DNA of 64,000 bases from an uncultured Thermoplasmata archaeon (GCA_963768855.1 CAVYJM010000007.1:68600-132599); one strand, 5' to 3'; counted from the stretch's first letter, positions 48,412 to 59,283 are shown. Numbers and translations: made by a program. The notes: generated by a model from the letters alone, not told the origin.

Positions 48412-49776
48412 TCAAGGCTGGCCGTTGTCGCCGTTATGCCCGTTGTTCCCGAGGTTCCCGGCCAGGTACTGCGCGTAGCCCTCCATGTCGAGGAGTCCGT
48501 GGCCGCTGTAGTTGAACGCGATGACGCGCTCCTCGTCCTCCCGCTTCGCTTCGAGGGCCAGGTCGATCGCCCCGCGGATCGCGTGCGCGGTCTCCGGTGC
48601 GGGAATGAGGCCTTCCGTCTTCGCGAAGATCTCCGCGGCCTGGAATGTCGTGAGCTGCTCGACCGCGCGCGGCTCGACGATCCCTGCGTCCAGGAGCACG
48701 CTGAGGGTCGGCGCGGTCCCATGATAGCGCAGGCCGCCCGCGTGGATCGGGGGGGGCATGAAGTCGTGGCCCAGGGTGTACATCTTGATCAGGGGCGTCA
48801 TCCCGGCCGTGTCGCCGAAGTCGTACTCGTATTTGCCCTGCGTCATGGAGGGCACGGACTCCGGCTCGACCGCGATGAAGCGCGTCTCGGACCGCCCATG
48901 AAGCCGCTCCCCGATCATCGGGTACGTGAAGCCGCCGAAGTTGGACCCGCCACCCACGGAGCCGACCATGTAGTCCGGCTCCACGTCCGCGAGCTCGAAC
49001 TGCTTGAGGGTTTCCAGGCCGATCACGGTCTGGTGCATGAGCACGTGGTTCAGCACCGACCCGATCGAGTACTTCGTGTTCGGCGTCGTCACGGTGGTCT
49101 CGAGCGCTTCGGAGATCGCGATCCCCAGCGACCCCGGGTTCTCGGGGTTCATCTCGAGCAGCTTCCTCCCGTAGCTCGTCTGGTCGCTCGGGCTCGGGAA
49201 GACCTCGGCCCCGAACATCCGCATGAGGTGCTTGCGATAGGGCTTCTGGTCGTACGAGACGCGGACCATGAACACCTTCGCGGTCATCCCGAAGTAGTTC
49301 GTCGCGAGGGCGACCGCGGAGCCCCACTGGCCCGCGCCCGTCTCCGTCGCGCACGCCTCGACGCCCTCCTTGCGCGCGAAGTACGCCTGCGCGATCGCGG
49401 TGTTCGGCTTGTGCGATCCGACCGGCGACAGATCCTCGCGCTTGTAGTAGATGCGCGCGGGCGTTTTCAGGAACGCCTCGAGCCGCTTCGCGCGGTACAT
49501 CGGGGTCGGGCGCCCGAGGCGGAAGTACGCTTCTCGCAGCTCGTCCGGGATCGGCTCCGTCGCGTTCCCGCTCATCTCCTGGCGGATGATCTCCTTCGGG
49601 AAGATCGGGGCGAACGCCTCCGGGCCGACAGGTTCCTTCGTGCCCGGATGCAGCGGCGGCGGCAGCGGCGCGGGCAGGTCCGGGAGGATGTTGTACCATG
49701 CCCTCGGGACGTCTTCCATGTCGAGGAGGATCTTCACCGCGTCTCCGCCCGAGGTCTCGTCCCGCATCGTCTGCAT
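48412..49776 (-). CDS. trpB2: TrpB2 (tryptophan synthase beta-like PLP enzyme)
   Basis: [30 protein letters not shown] (PLP Lys), [35 protein letters not shown]. No trpA in the window. Confidence 0.94.
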   Translation of the reverse strand: MQTMRDETSGGDAVKILLDMEDVPRAWYNILPDLPAPLPPPLHPGTKEPVGPEAFAPIFPKEIIRQEMSGNATEPIPDELREAYFRLGRPTPMYRAKRLEAFLKTPARIYYKREDLSPVGSHKPNTAIAQAYFARKEGVEACATETGAGQWGSAVALATNYFGMTAKVFMVRVSYDQKPYRKHLMRMFGAEVFPSPSDQTSYGRKLLEMNPENPGSLGIAISEALETTVTTPNTKYSIGSVLNHVLMHQTVIGLETLKQFELADVEPDYMVGSVGGGSNFGGFTYPMIGERLHGRSETRFIAVEPESVPSMTQGKYEYDFGDTAGMTPLIKMYTLGHDFMPPPIHAGGLRYHGTAPTLSVLLDAGIVEPRAVEQLTTFQAAEIFAKTEGLIPAPETAHAIRGAIDLALEAKREDEERVIAFNYSGHGLLDMEGYAQYLAGNLGNNGHNGDNGQP

Positions 49777-49911
49777 CTCCGCACCTTCGCAGGAGGGAAA
49801 GGACAACTTGGACGCTATATAACGTTTCTGTGTACTGATGCACCTTTACGTACTACATAAAGGCAAAGGATTAACCTTCTATGTACTCTTGCGCACATCG
49901 AGGATTTCCCG

Positions 49912-50412
49912 ATGTGGGCCCGCTTCCGCACGTACTTCAAGGGCTTCCCCGCGCAGGAAAAAGTCGCACAGATCATGGTGCTCTACGGACTCCGCGTCCA
50001 CGAGGGCCACGTGTTCTGCGGCGACATCAAGGTCTCCGACACGGCCATGGCCCGTGCCACGGGCGTCGACCGGCGCGTCGTGACGGCCACGGTCGCCACG
50101 ATCGAGAAGACGCCGGACCTCAAGGCGTTCTTCGACAAGCTTCATCCCGTCTGCCACCTGCGCGACGTCGCCCCGCTGATGAACTGGGGCGCGATCGAGA
50201 TTATCGCGACGAGCGCCTCGAAGCCGGGCATCCTGGCCGGGGTCGCGGCGATCATCGCCGAGGCAGGGATCAGCATTCGCCAGGTCGTCATGGACGATCC
50301 GGACCTGTTCGACGAGCCGAAGGGCTTCATCGTGACGGAGTCGCCGGTCCCGGAGCGGCTCCTGCCGCGGATCAAGCAGGTCGACGGGGTCAAGTCCGTC
50401 GTCCTGGTCTGA
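49912..50412 (+). CDS. ACT-domain amino acid metabolism regulator (COG2150-like)
   Basis: FPAQEKVA..M..YGLRV, ARATGVDRRVV (HTH), C-terminal ACT KPGILAGVAAIIAEAGISIRQ. Divergent from trpB2. Confidence 0.85.
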   Translation: MWARFRTYFKGFPAQEKVAQIMVLYGLRVHEGHVFCGDIKVSDTAMARATGVDRRVVTATVATIEKTPDLKAFFDKLHPVCHLRDVAPLMNWGAIEIIATSASKPGILAGVAAIIAEAGISIRQVVMDDPDLFDEPKGFIVTESPVPERLLPRIKQVDGVKSVVLV

Positions 50413-50451
50413 AGCGGCACGCTTTTCCCGCGAGCCACCCTTTCGCGGCCC

Positions 50452-51048
50452 GTGACGTGGCGGGCGCTCCTGCGGCTCGTCGACTTCCAGGGACTCCTCA
50501 CCTCGCAGGCGACGCTCGCCGAGGCCCTCCAGCAATCGATCGAGGCGCACGGCGCAGACGGCGAGGCGACACGCACCCTCCGCGAGGGCTTCAACCTCCT
50601 CGCGAAGGTCCTCTTCACCCAGCGGGCGACGATCCGAGACCTGCATGACCTGACGTGGCTCGATCACCTCGTCGTCGCGAAGGGGCTCGGGCCGGCCAAG
50701 ACCTGGCACACGGAGCGCGTCCGAGAGGCGCTGGATCATCTCGCGGGCGGCCGCGGCCGGCTCGGGCAGCTGATGCCGGGCCGCCACCCGAGCTGGGTGG
50801 ACGTACCCCTTGCCGGGGTCGCGGGGCTCGGGACGCTCAAGCTGGAATGCGGGACGACGGGATCGCTGAGGTCCGGCGCCGTGGCCCAGGAGGGCCTCCT
50901 GGAGCTCGTGTCCGAGCTCGGTCCGGCCGGGCCACGGACGGGCGAGGCGACCGCAGTCCTCGAGGATGTGCAACGGCTCGCCCTCGCCGGACGGCATGTG
51001 GGCAGCGAGAGCGTCGCCCTTGTGCTGACCTCGTCCGCCTTCGCCTAG
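50452..51048 (+). CDS. Hypothetical protein (198 aa)
   Basis: Host-like codon usage, helical composition, no recognised motif. Confidence 0.55.
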   Translation: MTWRALLRLVDFQGLLTSQATLAEALQQSIEAHGADGEATRTLREGFNLLAKVLFTQRATIRDLHDLTWLDHLVVAKGLGPAKTWHTERVREALDHLAGGRGRLGQLMPGRHPSWVDVPLAGVAGLGTLKLECGTTGSLRSGAVAQEGLLELVSELGPAGPRTGEATAVLEDVQRLALAGRHVGSESVALVLTSSAFA

Positions 51049-51455
51049 GACGGGCGGACGAGCGCTCGGTGCGCGACCATCATGCAGGCGTTCTGGACGA
51101 CGATCTTCCCCGCGGCCTCCGCCTTCTTCGCCGCCGCGTCGTTCTCGATCCCGAGTTGCATCCAGATGACCTTCGCGGGTCCCTGGATCGCCTCGTCCAC
51201 GATCGGAGGGACGTCCTCCGAGGGCCGGAAAATGTCGACCACGTCATAGGGCTCCTTGACGTCGGAGAGGGACTTGTACGCGCGCTCGCCCAGGATGACG
51301 TCCGCGGTCGGGTTCACCGGGATGATCCGATACCCGCGCTCCTGGAGATACTTCGGAATCTTGTGTGCGTCCTTCTCCGGATTCTTGGATGCACCGACCA
51401 CCGCGATCGTCTTCGCCTCGGTGAGAATCCTGTACAGAGTTGCGTTGTCCACCAT
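51045..51455 (-). CDS. CoA-binding protein (YccU-like)
   Basis: KTIAVVGAS, YLQERGYRIIPVNP, DVVDIFRP, IWMQLGI, VVQNAC. Confidence 0.92.
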   Translation of the reverse strand: MVDNATLYRILTEAKTIAVVGASKNPEKDAHKIPKYLQERGYRIIPVNPTADVILGERAYKSLSDVKEPYDVVDIFRPSEDVPPIVDEAIQGPAKVIWMQLGIENDAAAKKAEAAGKIVVQNACMMVAHRALVRPS

Positions 51456-51490
51456 GCCGATGCCCGGTTCGAACTAGGCGGGCGTGCGGC

Positions 51491-51892
51491 TTAAACGTTC
51501 TTCGCGAGGACCTCCCGGATCGTCTTCTTCAGGTGGGGCTGGAGCCTCAGCTTGGCCGCCTCGCCGGCGGTGCACCAGCGGATCTCGGAGTGCTCCTCGT
51601 TCGCGATCCGCGGTTCGCCCTGCCAGCCCGTAACCAAGTAGAGGTGATGATGGTACGTCTCCTTGGAAGTCGGGTCCTTGTCCTCATACTCGTGGAGGAA
51701 CCTCGCGGCGGTCACGCGGATGGCCAGCTCCTCGAAGAGCTCGCGCACGAGGGTGTGCGCGGGCGTCTCGCCCTCCTCGCGGTGACCGCCGAACGCATCC
51801 CACATCCCCGCGAACCGCACGCGGCTCGTCCGCTTCCCCAGGAGGACGCGGCCGTCGCGGACGATCAGCGCCGTAGATGTGTAATGGACCAT
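51491..51892 (-). CDS. Nudix hydrolase
   Basis: VLLGKR, WDAFGGHREEGETPAHTLVRELFEEL (Nudix box), EEHSEIRW. The ORF stays open upstream to 52006, so the start is uncertain. Confidence 0.85.
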   Translation of the reverse strand: MVHYTSTALIVRDGRVLLGKRTSRVRFAGMWDAFGGHREEGETPAHTLVRELFEELAIRVTAARFLHEYEDKDPTSKETYHHHLYLVTGWQGEPRIANEEHSEIRWCTAGEAAKLRLQPHLKKTIREVLAKNV

Positions 51893-52154
51893 CGGATCCC
51901 CCATCCCGCCCAGCCAGAAGAGGCCTACGCTCCCCCCCGTGCGCCAAGACAAGATCCGGCGGGCGGGGTTCCACTCGGCGCGCAGGTACTCCACCGAGGT
52001 CGCCACCGGGCCCGGGGAGAGATGAAAGCCAAGGCCCTCCTCTTGTTATCGTTGCTTAACGATAACACGCGAGGGGAGGGGGCTCGCCCTGCTGGCGCCG
52101 CGTCTACCGCCCTCCCCAAAGCTTCATGGCGTGTCGCTCGCTAGATGGAGAGCG

Positions 52155-53609
52155 ATGGAGGCAGTCGCCCAGGACATCGCCCAGCGCCTTCGGGCCGCGG
52201 CCTTCGTGAAGATCGTCACGCACATCGACACGGATGGGATCACGGGCGGCGCCATCGCCTCCGAGGCGCTTGCCCGCGCGGGCATCGAGCATGAGGTCGC
52301 CTTCGCGAAGAAGCTCGACGAGGCCGGGCTGACCGCGATCAAGCGAGAGGGTCATCCGCTCGTCTGGTTCGTGGACCTCGGCGCCGGCATGCTCCATGCG
52401 ATGCACGGTCTCGACGCCGTCGTCACGGACCATCACGTCCCGACCGAGCGGGAGGTGCCGAAGGCCCTGCGCAGCGACCTGCTGCGGTTCACGGAGTCGC
52501 TGGACCGGGTCCTCATGCTGAACCCCCACCTCGAGGGCGAAGGCTCCGACGTGGCGAGCGGCGCGGGCTGCGCGTACGCAGTCGCCAAGGCGCTCGACGC
52601 GAAGAACACGGACCTCGCCGCGGTCGCGATCGTCGGTGCGGTCGGCGACATGCAGGAAGCAGAGTTCCGGCGCCTCGAGGGATACAACCGCACGATCCTC
52701 GCGGACGCCGAATCAGCCGGCGTCGTCAAGGCCGACATGGACCTCCGCCTCTTCGGGCGGGAGACCCGCCCCGTCTACAAGATGCTCCAGTACGCCTCCG
52801 ATCCCTGGATCCCGCGGCTCAGCGGGAATGAGGAGGCGTGCATCGCGTTCCTCCTGGAGCAGGGGATCGATCTCAAGGCGGGTGACCACTGGCGCTCCTG
52901 GTCCGACCTGGATCATGGAGAGAAGCAGCGGGTCGTCTCCGCACTCGTCTCCCACATGCTCGAGCGCGGCTGTGGCGTGAAGTCCGTCGAGCGCCTCGTC
53001 GGCGAAGCGTACACCCTCGTCAAGGAGCCCGTCGGGAGCCCGACCCGCGACGCGAAGGAGTTCGGCACGCTCATGAACGCCTGCGGCCGCTACGACGAGC
53101 CAGAGGTCGGATACCGCGTGTGCCGCGGGGACCGCGAGGAGTACCTCGCGAAGGCCCTTCGCCTCCTGCGGGGCCACCGCGAGTACCTCGTCGAGTCCAT
53201 GGACGCGATTCTCGAAGCGGGCATCCACGAGATGGACGCGATCCAGTACTTCCACGCGCACGACACGATTCGCGACACGGTCGTTGGAATCGCGGCAAGC
53301 ATGGCCCTCAACCAGAACGGCACGTCGAGGAACTTGCCCATCATCGCCTTCGCGAACGCGGAGGACGGGATCAAGGTCTCCGGGCGCGGGACGCGAGAGT
53401 TGGTCGCGAAGGGACTCGATCTCGCCGCCATCATGCAGGCCGCCTCGAAGGCCGTCGGCGGCCAGGGAGGCGGACACCACGTGGCCGCGGGAGCGACGAT
53501 TCCTCCGGGAACCGAAGACGCGTTCCTCGAGATTGCGAACCGGATGGTTCGAGAGCAGCTGCACCGCAATGACGACCCCTCGCCCCGGGGGAGACCCGAG
53601 GACGGCTGA
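52155..53609 (+). CDS. DHH/DHHA1 phosphoesterase (RecJ-like exonuclease)
   Basis: HIDTDG, FVDLG, TDHH, AIVGAVGDMQ, NACGR, KVSGR, GGGHHVAAGA. Confidence 0.9.
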   Translation: MEAVAQDIAQRLRAAAFVKIVTHIDTDGITGGAIASEALARAGIEHEVAFAKKLDEAGLTAIKREGHPLVWFVDLGAGMLHAMHGLDAVVTDHHVPTEREVPKALRSDLLRFTESLDRVLMLNPHLEGEGSDVASGAGCAYAVAKALDAKNTDLAAVAIVGAVGDMQEAEFRRLEGYNRTILADAESAGVVKADMDLRLFGRETRPVYKMLQYASDPWIPRLSGNEEACIAFLLEQGIDLKAGDHWRSWSDLDHGEKQRVVSALVSHMLERGCGVKSVERLVGEAYTLVKEPVGSPTRDAKEFGTLMNACGRYDEPEVGYRVCRGDREEYLAKALRLLRGHREYLVESMDAILEAGIHEMDAIQYFHAHDTIRDTVVGIAASMALNQNGTSRNLPIIAFANAEDGIKVSGRGTRELVAKGLDLAAIMQAASKAVGGQGGGHHVAAGATIPPGTEDAFLEIANRMVREQLHRNDDPSPRGRPEDG

Positions 53610-53626
53610 GCGGCCGGCGCGGCCCT

Positions 53627-55240
53627 TCAGCCCTCGAGCGACATCACCATGCGCCGGAGGATCTCCCGCTCAAGAATCGTGCCGACGAGCTTGCCCTCCT
53701 CATCCACGACCGCGACGATGGGAATGTTCGTCTCCTTGAAGAGGTTCGCGAGCGGCAGGGCGGATTCGTTCCGGCGAACCTTGAGAGCCATCGCGAGATC
53801 CGTATCCCTCACCCGGAGGGTCGACATCTGCCGCGGGCCCAGCGCCATCGCGTCGTGCAGGATCAAGGTCCCCATGGGCTTGCCCTTCGCATTCACGACG
53901 CAGGCCGCACGTGCGTCAAGTTCGATGCACTTCCGAACCGCGTCGCGAACAGGATCCGTGTCGTGCACGGCGACGGTCGGAAGGGTCTTGGAGATCTCAT
54001 CTGCGGTCAGGGCATTCAGCTCTTGGCGGACAATCTTCCGCACCCCGGATTCCTGATCGAGGGGCACGGGAGGCGCGCGCAGGCGGAAGAGCAGCGGGGC
54101 CGATAGGGAGAGGAGCGCGATCCCGATGGCCGTGGCGGAGTACGCATAGCCACTCACGAGCGCGACGCTCGCGGTAAGCGCAGTGACCAGCAACGCAGCG
54201 TCCACGCCCCCGTTGACGCACGTGCCGAACGCGTTCTTCCAGACCTCCACGCCGAAGAAGCGGGCACTGACGGCGCCCATGATCGCGTCGAGGGCGAGGG
54301 CCATCACGAAGATCGCGATGCCGAGCAGGAGGAGGCCGGTCGTCACCTGCACGAAGTAGAGGCCGAGCCCCACGAAGAACAGCGGCTCGAAGAAACCGTA
54401 GGTGAAGGCGTGGAACTTCTCCGTGAGGACGGGACGCGCGGCGAAGAAGTCTTGGAGCAGCAGTCCCAGGAAGAGCGCCACGATTGCCGAGTTGAACCCC
54501 GTGACCTGGCCCGCGAACCCGGTCACGAGGACGAGGGCGACGGTGATCGCGAACACGGGCTCCCGGCTCTGGAAATGGGATTCGACCTTCTCCAGGAGGG
54601 GCACGAGGACGAAGCGCCCGAACAAGATAATCCCCCCGACCGTCGCCGCGACCTCGACCCCCACCGTGGCTACGGAGGCGAGGGTGACTGCGGTCCCCGC
54701 GAGGTCGTACACGAAGGAGAAGAGGACGACCGCGGCGATCTCGATGACCACCACTTGCGAGAAGATCGCCGTGCCCTCGTGCGTCCGGGCGAGGCCCGTG
54801 TCGGTCAGGAGCCGCGAAAGCGGACCTGCGCTGCTCATCCCCGCGACGATGCCCACGACAACGGCCGGGAGCAGCTCCTGGAACAGAAAGTAGGCGAGGA
54901 CCGTGATCCCCACGAAACGGACCCCGAACTCGACGAGAGAGATGACCAGGGTCTTCCGGTTGCGCAACATCGACCGAAGGCGCGTGGCTTCGAACTCGTG
55001 GGCCCCGCTCACGAAGAGGAGGAAGTTGATCCCCAGCCCGACGAAGAGGGAGATCGTCGGTTCCACGCTGACCCAGTTCAGCACGCCGGGGCCAATCAGG
55101 ATCCCCATGAGGATCGCGCCCACGAACGGGATGAGGCCGAGGTACCGGAACGCCTCCTCTCCCAGCTTCGCGCCGATGAGGAGGAAACCGAGGACCGCGA
55201 GCGCGAGGACCGATTCGGGGACGTTGATCAAGATCGCCAT
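53627..55240 (-). CDS. CPA2 cation:proton antiporter with C-terminal CBS pair
   Basis: GILIGPGVL, LLFVSG..F, S....L..LL.D, FFEPLFFVGLG, then V..TDPVRDA and IPIVAVVDEEGKLVGTI.EREI (CBS). Confidence 0.85.
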   Translation of the reverse strand: MAILINVPESVLALAVLGFLLIGAKLGEEAFRYLGLIPFVGAILMGILIGPGVLNWVSVEPTISLFVGLGINFLLFVSGAHEFEATRLRSMLRNRKTLVISLVEFGVRFVGITVLAYFLFQELLPAVVVGIVAGMSSAGPLSRLLTDTGLARTHEGTAIFSQVVVIEIAAVVLFSFVYDLAGTAVTLASVATVGVEVAATVGGIILFGRFVLVPLLEKVESHFQSREPVFAITVALVLVTGFAGQVTGFNSAIVALFLGLLLQDFFAARPVLTEKFHAFTYGFFEPLFFVGLGLYFVQVTTGLLLLGIAIFVMALALDAIMGAVSARFFGVEVWKNAFGTCVNGGVDAALLVTALTASVALVSGYAYSATAIGIALLSLSAPLLFRLRAPPVPLDQESGVRKIVRQELNALTADEISKTLPTVAVHDTDPVRDAVRKCIELDARAACVVNAKGKPMGTLILHDAMALGPRQMSTLRVRDTDLAMALKVRRNESALPLANLFKETNIPIVAVVDEEGKLVGTILEREILRRMVMSLEG

Positions 55241-55468
55241 GCAACACCAAACGTTCAAGGGCGCGACGCGCGACCGGCCACCCTATCGACGCCGGCTCAT
55301 TAACGTGCGGGGTTCCCCGCGCGGGCTCTGCATCCGGAACCGTGCGAATCGTCGGGGCACGTCGCAAACCTTTTATAACTCCCCCTGGTTCGACGCCTGC
55401 TCTTCTTACGGAGAGCCTGTGACTCATGAAGTCCCCGCGTCGAGCGGGGATGGAAGGAGGTCTCCAAC

Positions 55469-55840
55469 ATGGCCAAGCCAATGTACGTTCGTTTCGAGAT
55501 GCCGAAGGAGCTCGTGGACAAGACCTACCAGGCCATCGAGCTCGCGAAGGAGAGCGGCAAGGTCCGCAAGGGCACGAACGAGGTCACCAAGCTCGTCGAG
55601 CGGGGCGACGCCCAGTTCGTCGTCATGGCGGAGGACGTGCAACCGGAGGAGATCCTCGCGCACATGCCCATCCTCTGCGAGGAGAAGGGCATCCCCTACG
55701 CCTACGTGCCGAGCAAGCAGGAGCTCGGCGTGAGCGTGGGACTGGGGAAGGCCACCGCCTCGATCGCAATCCTCGATGCGGGCAAGGCGAAGCCGGTCAT
55801 AGACGACCTCTCAGCGAAGCTTCGCGCGATGAAGAAGTGA
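55469..55840 (+). CDS. rpl7ae: 50S ribosomal protein L7Ae
   Basis: [35 protein letters not shown]. Confidence 0.96.
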   Translation: MAKPMYVRFEMPKELVDKTYQAIELAKESGKVRKGTNEVTKLVERGDAQFVVMAEDVQPEEILAHMPILCEEKGIPYAYVPSKQELGVSVGLGKATASIAILDAGKAKPVIDDLSAKLRAMKK

Positions 55841-55862
55841 AGGTCCCCGGAAGGTCACGACG

Positions 55863-56075
55863 ATGGCAGATGAGGAAAGCATCCCCGCAGAGGTCGTTGA
55901 GGTCGTCGGCCGGACCGGGATGACGGGCGAGGCGACCCAGGTCAAAGTCCGCGTCAACGAAGGGCGGGACAAGGGCCGCATCATCACGCGCAACGTGAAG
56001 GGGTCCGTCCAGGTCGGAGACATCCTCATGCTCCGCGAGACGGCGCGCGAGGCGCGCAAGCTCAGCGTGCGGTGA
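55863..56075 (+). CDS. rps28e: 30S ribosomal protein S28e
   Basis: [33 protein letters not shown]. Confidence 0.95.
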   Translation: MADEESIPAEVVEVVGRTGMTGEATQVKVRVNEGRDKGRIITRNVKGSVQVGDILMLRETAREARKLSVR

Positions 56076-56079
56076 TCCC

Positions 56080-56700
56080 ATGCCCGTGCGACGATCCTGC
56101 TCCTTCTGCGGGAATGAAATCGAGCCCGGGACGGGCAAGATGTTCATCAAGAAGGACGGCACCGTCTTCGTGTTCTGCTCGAGCAAATGCCAGCTCAACA
56201 TGCTGAAGCTCGGGCGCGTCCCCCGGTGGACGCCGTGGACGCAGGCCTTCCGCCGAGCAAGCGGGGCGGCCGTCGAGGAGCGAGTCGAGGCTCCCGCGGC
56301 CGAGGAAGAAACGGCACCCGCAGCCGAGGCCGCGGCGGTCGAGGTCACGATCGACGCGCCGAAGGGGAAGGACATCCCCGCCGACCTCACCGACCTCGTC
56401 GACAAGCGGCTCGGCCCGGACCTCTCCCGCGGAGACCTGGAGAAGTACTACGCCGACTTCCTCCGGGACCCTGCATTCAAGCACTCGATCGTGAACGCCG
56501 CGCGCAAGGCGCACCCCGGGAAGACGATCACGCACATCGAGAAGAGCGAGTTCCTCGCGTGGAAGGACACCTCCGACGGGCGGCACGTCTTCAAGGCCTG
56601 GCTCGACGGCCAGTGGCAGAAGGTCAAGGGCCGGAAGGAAGAGCCAGAGGAAGAGGCCGAGCCGCCGAAGGCCGCGAAGAAGGCGAAGAAGGGGGCCTGA
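56080..56700 (+). CDS. rpl24e: 50S ribosomal protein L24e with an extra C-terminal domain
   Basis: [36 protein letters not shown], then ~145 extra aa. Confidence 0.93.
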   Translation: MPVRRSCSFCGNEIEPGTGKMFIKKDGTVFVFCSSKCQLNMLKLGRVPRWTPWTQAFRRASGAAVEERVEAPAAEEETAPAAEAAAVEVTIDAPKGKDIPADLTDLVDKRLGPDLSRGDLEKYYADFLRDPAFKHSIVNAARKAHPGKTITHIEKSEFLAWKDTSDGRHVFKAWLDGQWQKVKGRKEEPEEEAEPPKAAKKAKKGA

Positions 56701-56704
56701 GCCC

Positions 56705-57157
56705 CTGGTCGAGCGCACGTTCGCGCTCCTCAAGCCCGACGCGGTCCAGCGCGGCCTCGCGGGACAAGTCCTCGCCCGCTTCGAGCGGCGCGGACTCAAG
56801 ATTGTGGCCCTCAAGCTCATGCGGGTCTCCCGAGCGCTCGCGGAATCCTATTACGCGGAACACAAAGGCAAGCCCTTCTACGAACCGCTGATGTCCTACA
56901 TCACCTCGGGACCCGTCGTCGCGATGGTCCTGGAGGGGGACGGCGCCGTGGCGATCGTCCGCAAGATGATGGGGAAGACGAACTCCGCGGAGGCAGAGCC
57001 CGGGACGATCCGGGGCGACTTCGCCCTCACGATCGGACGCAACGTCATCCATGGCTCCGATTCGGCCGAGAGCGCGAAGCGGGAGATCGGATTCTTCTTC
57101 AAGCCCGAGGAACTCCAGGTATACAAGCGCATCGACGAGGCGTGGATCCGCGAGTAG
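56705..57157 (+). CDS. ndk: Nucleoside diphosphate kinase
   Basis: [47 protein letters not shown]. The only plausible start is CTG at 56705. Confidence 0.93.
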   Translation: MVERTFALLKPDAVQRGLAGQVLARFERRGLKIVALKLMRVSRALAESYYAEHKGKPFYEPLMSYITSGPVVAMVLEGDGAVAIVRKMMGKTNSAEAEPGTIRGDFALTIGRNVIHGSDSAESAKREIGFFFKPEELQVYKRIDEAWIRE

Positions 57158-57186
57158 TCCGCCGGAGGGGCGCCCCTTGCGCGGAG

Positions 57187-57408
57187 TCACCGACCCGGTT
57201 TCATGCCTGGCGCGGCACGCGTGTAGATCGCACGCATGTGACGGCGGACATCCCAGACGATGTACACCGAGAAGAAGACCACGAAGATCCAGAAGAACGG
57301 GTCCACCCCGGCGGAGCTGGTAAACGCAATCAAGCCGTAGATGATGAGAAGCGTGACGGAGGCCAGCCCGAGCGCGATCATGGCTCCCTCGGCGGTCGCT
57401 CGCGACAT
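57187..57408 (-). CDS. Small two-TM membrane protein
   Basis: 73 aa with two hydrophobic helices. Confidence 0.55.
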   Translation of the reverse strand: MSRATAEGAMIALGLASVTLLIIYGLIAFTSSAGVDPFFWIFVVFFSVYIVWDVRRHMRAIYTRAAPGMKPGR

Positions 57409-57525
57409 GCCGAGATTACATGGGCTGCAGAGAGCATATTCCTTTCTGCAGCGGTTTGCCGGGGACGCGCATTCCCGGTGCGCAAGCTAAGTTACTAATA
57501 GCGTCTGCGGGTTCGTCGCGTGGCC

Positions 57526-59283
57526 ATGGCCGCCATCCGGCAGCCCATCGTGTCCGTCCTCGGGCACGTGGACCACGGCAAGACCACCCTGCTCGACCGC
57601 ATCCGGGGCACGGGCGTCGCGGGGCGGGAAGCCGGCGGCATCACGCAGCACATCGGCGCCACGGAGGTGCCGATGGCCGCGATCCTCGAAACGTGCGGCG
57701 ACCTGGTCAAGGGCAAGTCCTTCAAGGTCCCCGGCCTCCTGTTCATCGACACGCCGGGCCACGTCGCCTTCTCCACGATGCGCGCGAGGGGCGGCGCCCT
57801 CGCCGACCTGGCGGTCCTCGTGATCGACCTGAACGAGGGGTTCCGGCCGCAGACGATCGAGAGCCTGAACATCCTGAAGCGGTACAAGACGCCGTTCGTG
57901 GTCGCGGCGAACAAGATCGACCTTGTCCCCGGTTGGCGGCACCACGAGAACCGCGCCTTCCTGGCCTCGTACGGAGACCAGCCGGAGACCGCGCGGGAGG
58001 AGTTCGACAAGCGCCTGTACGAGCTCGTGGGACGTCTCTACGAGCACGGGTTCTCCGCGGACCGCTACGATCACGTGGCCGACTTCACCTCGAACATCGC
58101 TGTCGTCCCGCTCAGCGCGAAGTTCGGCGAGGGCATCCCCGACCTGCTCCTCATGCTCATCGGGCTCGCGCAGCGGTTCCTGGAGAAGGAGCTGACCACG
58201 GAGGAGGGACCCGGGGAAGGCACGATCCTCGAGGTCAAGGAGGAGAAGGGGCTCGGCACGACGCTCGACGCGATCGTCTACAAGGGCACCCTCGCCAAGG
58301 GCGACACGATCGTCTTCGGCACGCCGTCGAAACCAGGGGTCTCGAAGGTCAAGGCGCTTCTGAAGCCGAAGCCCATGGACGAAATCCGCGACCCGCAGGA
58401 CCGCTTCGACTCCGTGAAGAGCGTGACGGCCGCCGCGGGCGTCAAGATCGTCGCCGCGGGCGTCGAGGGGGCCGTGTCCGGCGCTCCGGTTCGGGTCGCG
58501 AGAGGGGACGTGAAGGCACTCGTGGAGGAGATCGCGAAGGAGTCCCAGCCCCACGTCGAGGTCCAGGACGACGGCGTCCTCCTGAAGGCGGACGCGATCG
58601 GCTCGCTCGAGGGACTCGCGTACGAGTGCAAGCAAGCGGATATCCCGATCCGCTACGCCCGCCTCGGGGCGATCTCGCGACGCGACGTGATCGACGTGGC
58701 GACCGCGAAGGATCCGCTCCATCAGGCGATCCTTGCCTTCAACGCGGAACTCCTGCCCGACGCGCAGGTCGCCCTCGTGGACCACCCGGACGTCAAACTG
58801 CTCCAGAGCGACATCATCTACCGCCTCATCGAGGAGTACAGCATCTGGAGGGACGAACGGAAACGGCAGCTCGAGGAGGCCAGCCGCAAGGAGATCACGT
58901 ACCCGGCCAAGCTCCTCTTCCTGGCGGACTACGTGTTCCGCACGTCCCACCCCGCGATCTTCGGAGTGCGCATCCTGAACGGGCGAATCCGCGCGGGATG
59001 CGCGGTCATGCGCGAGGACGGCCGCAGCCTGGGCCGCCTCAAGTCGATCCGAAGCGGGGAAAAGAGCCTCGAGGAAGCACGGCAGGGACAGGAGGTCGCG
59101 ATCGCCCTCGACGGCGTCACGGTCGGCCGACAGGTCAACGGCGGGGACGTGCTCTATGTCGAGCTGACCGAGGAGGAGGCGCGCACCCTGCGCAGGCACA
59201 AGGAGCTCACGATGGACGAGGTCGAGACCCTCGACCAGATCTGCGCGATCAAACGGAAGGAGGACCCGTTTTGGGGGATGTGA
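57526..59283 (+). CDS. infB: Translation initiation factor aIF5B (IF2)
   Basis: RQPIVSVLGHVDHGKT, EAGGITQHIGA, FIDTPGH, NKID, SAKFGEG, KADAIGSLE. Confidence 0.96.
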   Translation: MAAIRQPIVSVLGHVDHGKTTLLDRIRGTGVAGREAGGITQHIGATEVPMAAILETCGDLVKGKSFKVPGLLFIDTPGHVAFSTMRARGGALADLAVLVIDLNEGFRPQTIESLNILKRYKTPFVVAANKIDLVPGWRHHENRAFLASYGDQPETAREEFDKRLYELVGRLYEHGFSADRYDHVADFTSNIAVVPLSAKFGEGIPDLLLMLIGLAQRFLEKELTTEEGPGEGTILEVKEEKGLGTTLDAIVYKGTLAKGDTIVFGTPSKPGVSKVKALLKPKPMDEIRDPQDRFDSVKSVTAAAGVKIVAAGVEGAVSGAPVRVARGDVKALVEEIAKESQPHVEVQDDGVLLKADAIGSLEGLAYECKQADIPIRYARLGAISRRDVIDVATAKDPLHQAILAFNAELLPDAQVALVDHPDVKLLQSDIIYRLIEEYSIWRDERKRQLEEASRKEITYPAKLLFLADYVFRTSHPAIFGVRILNGRIRAGCAVMREDGRSLGRLKSIRSGEKSLEEARQGQEVAIALDGVTVGRQVNGGDVLYVELTEEEARTLRRHKELTMDEVETLDQICAIKRKEDPFWGM

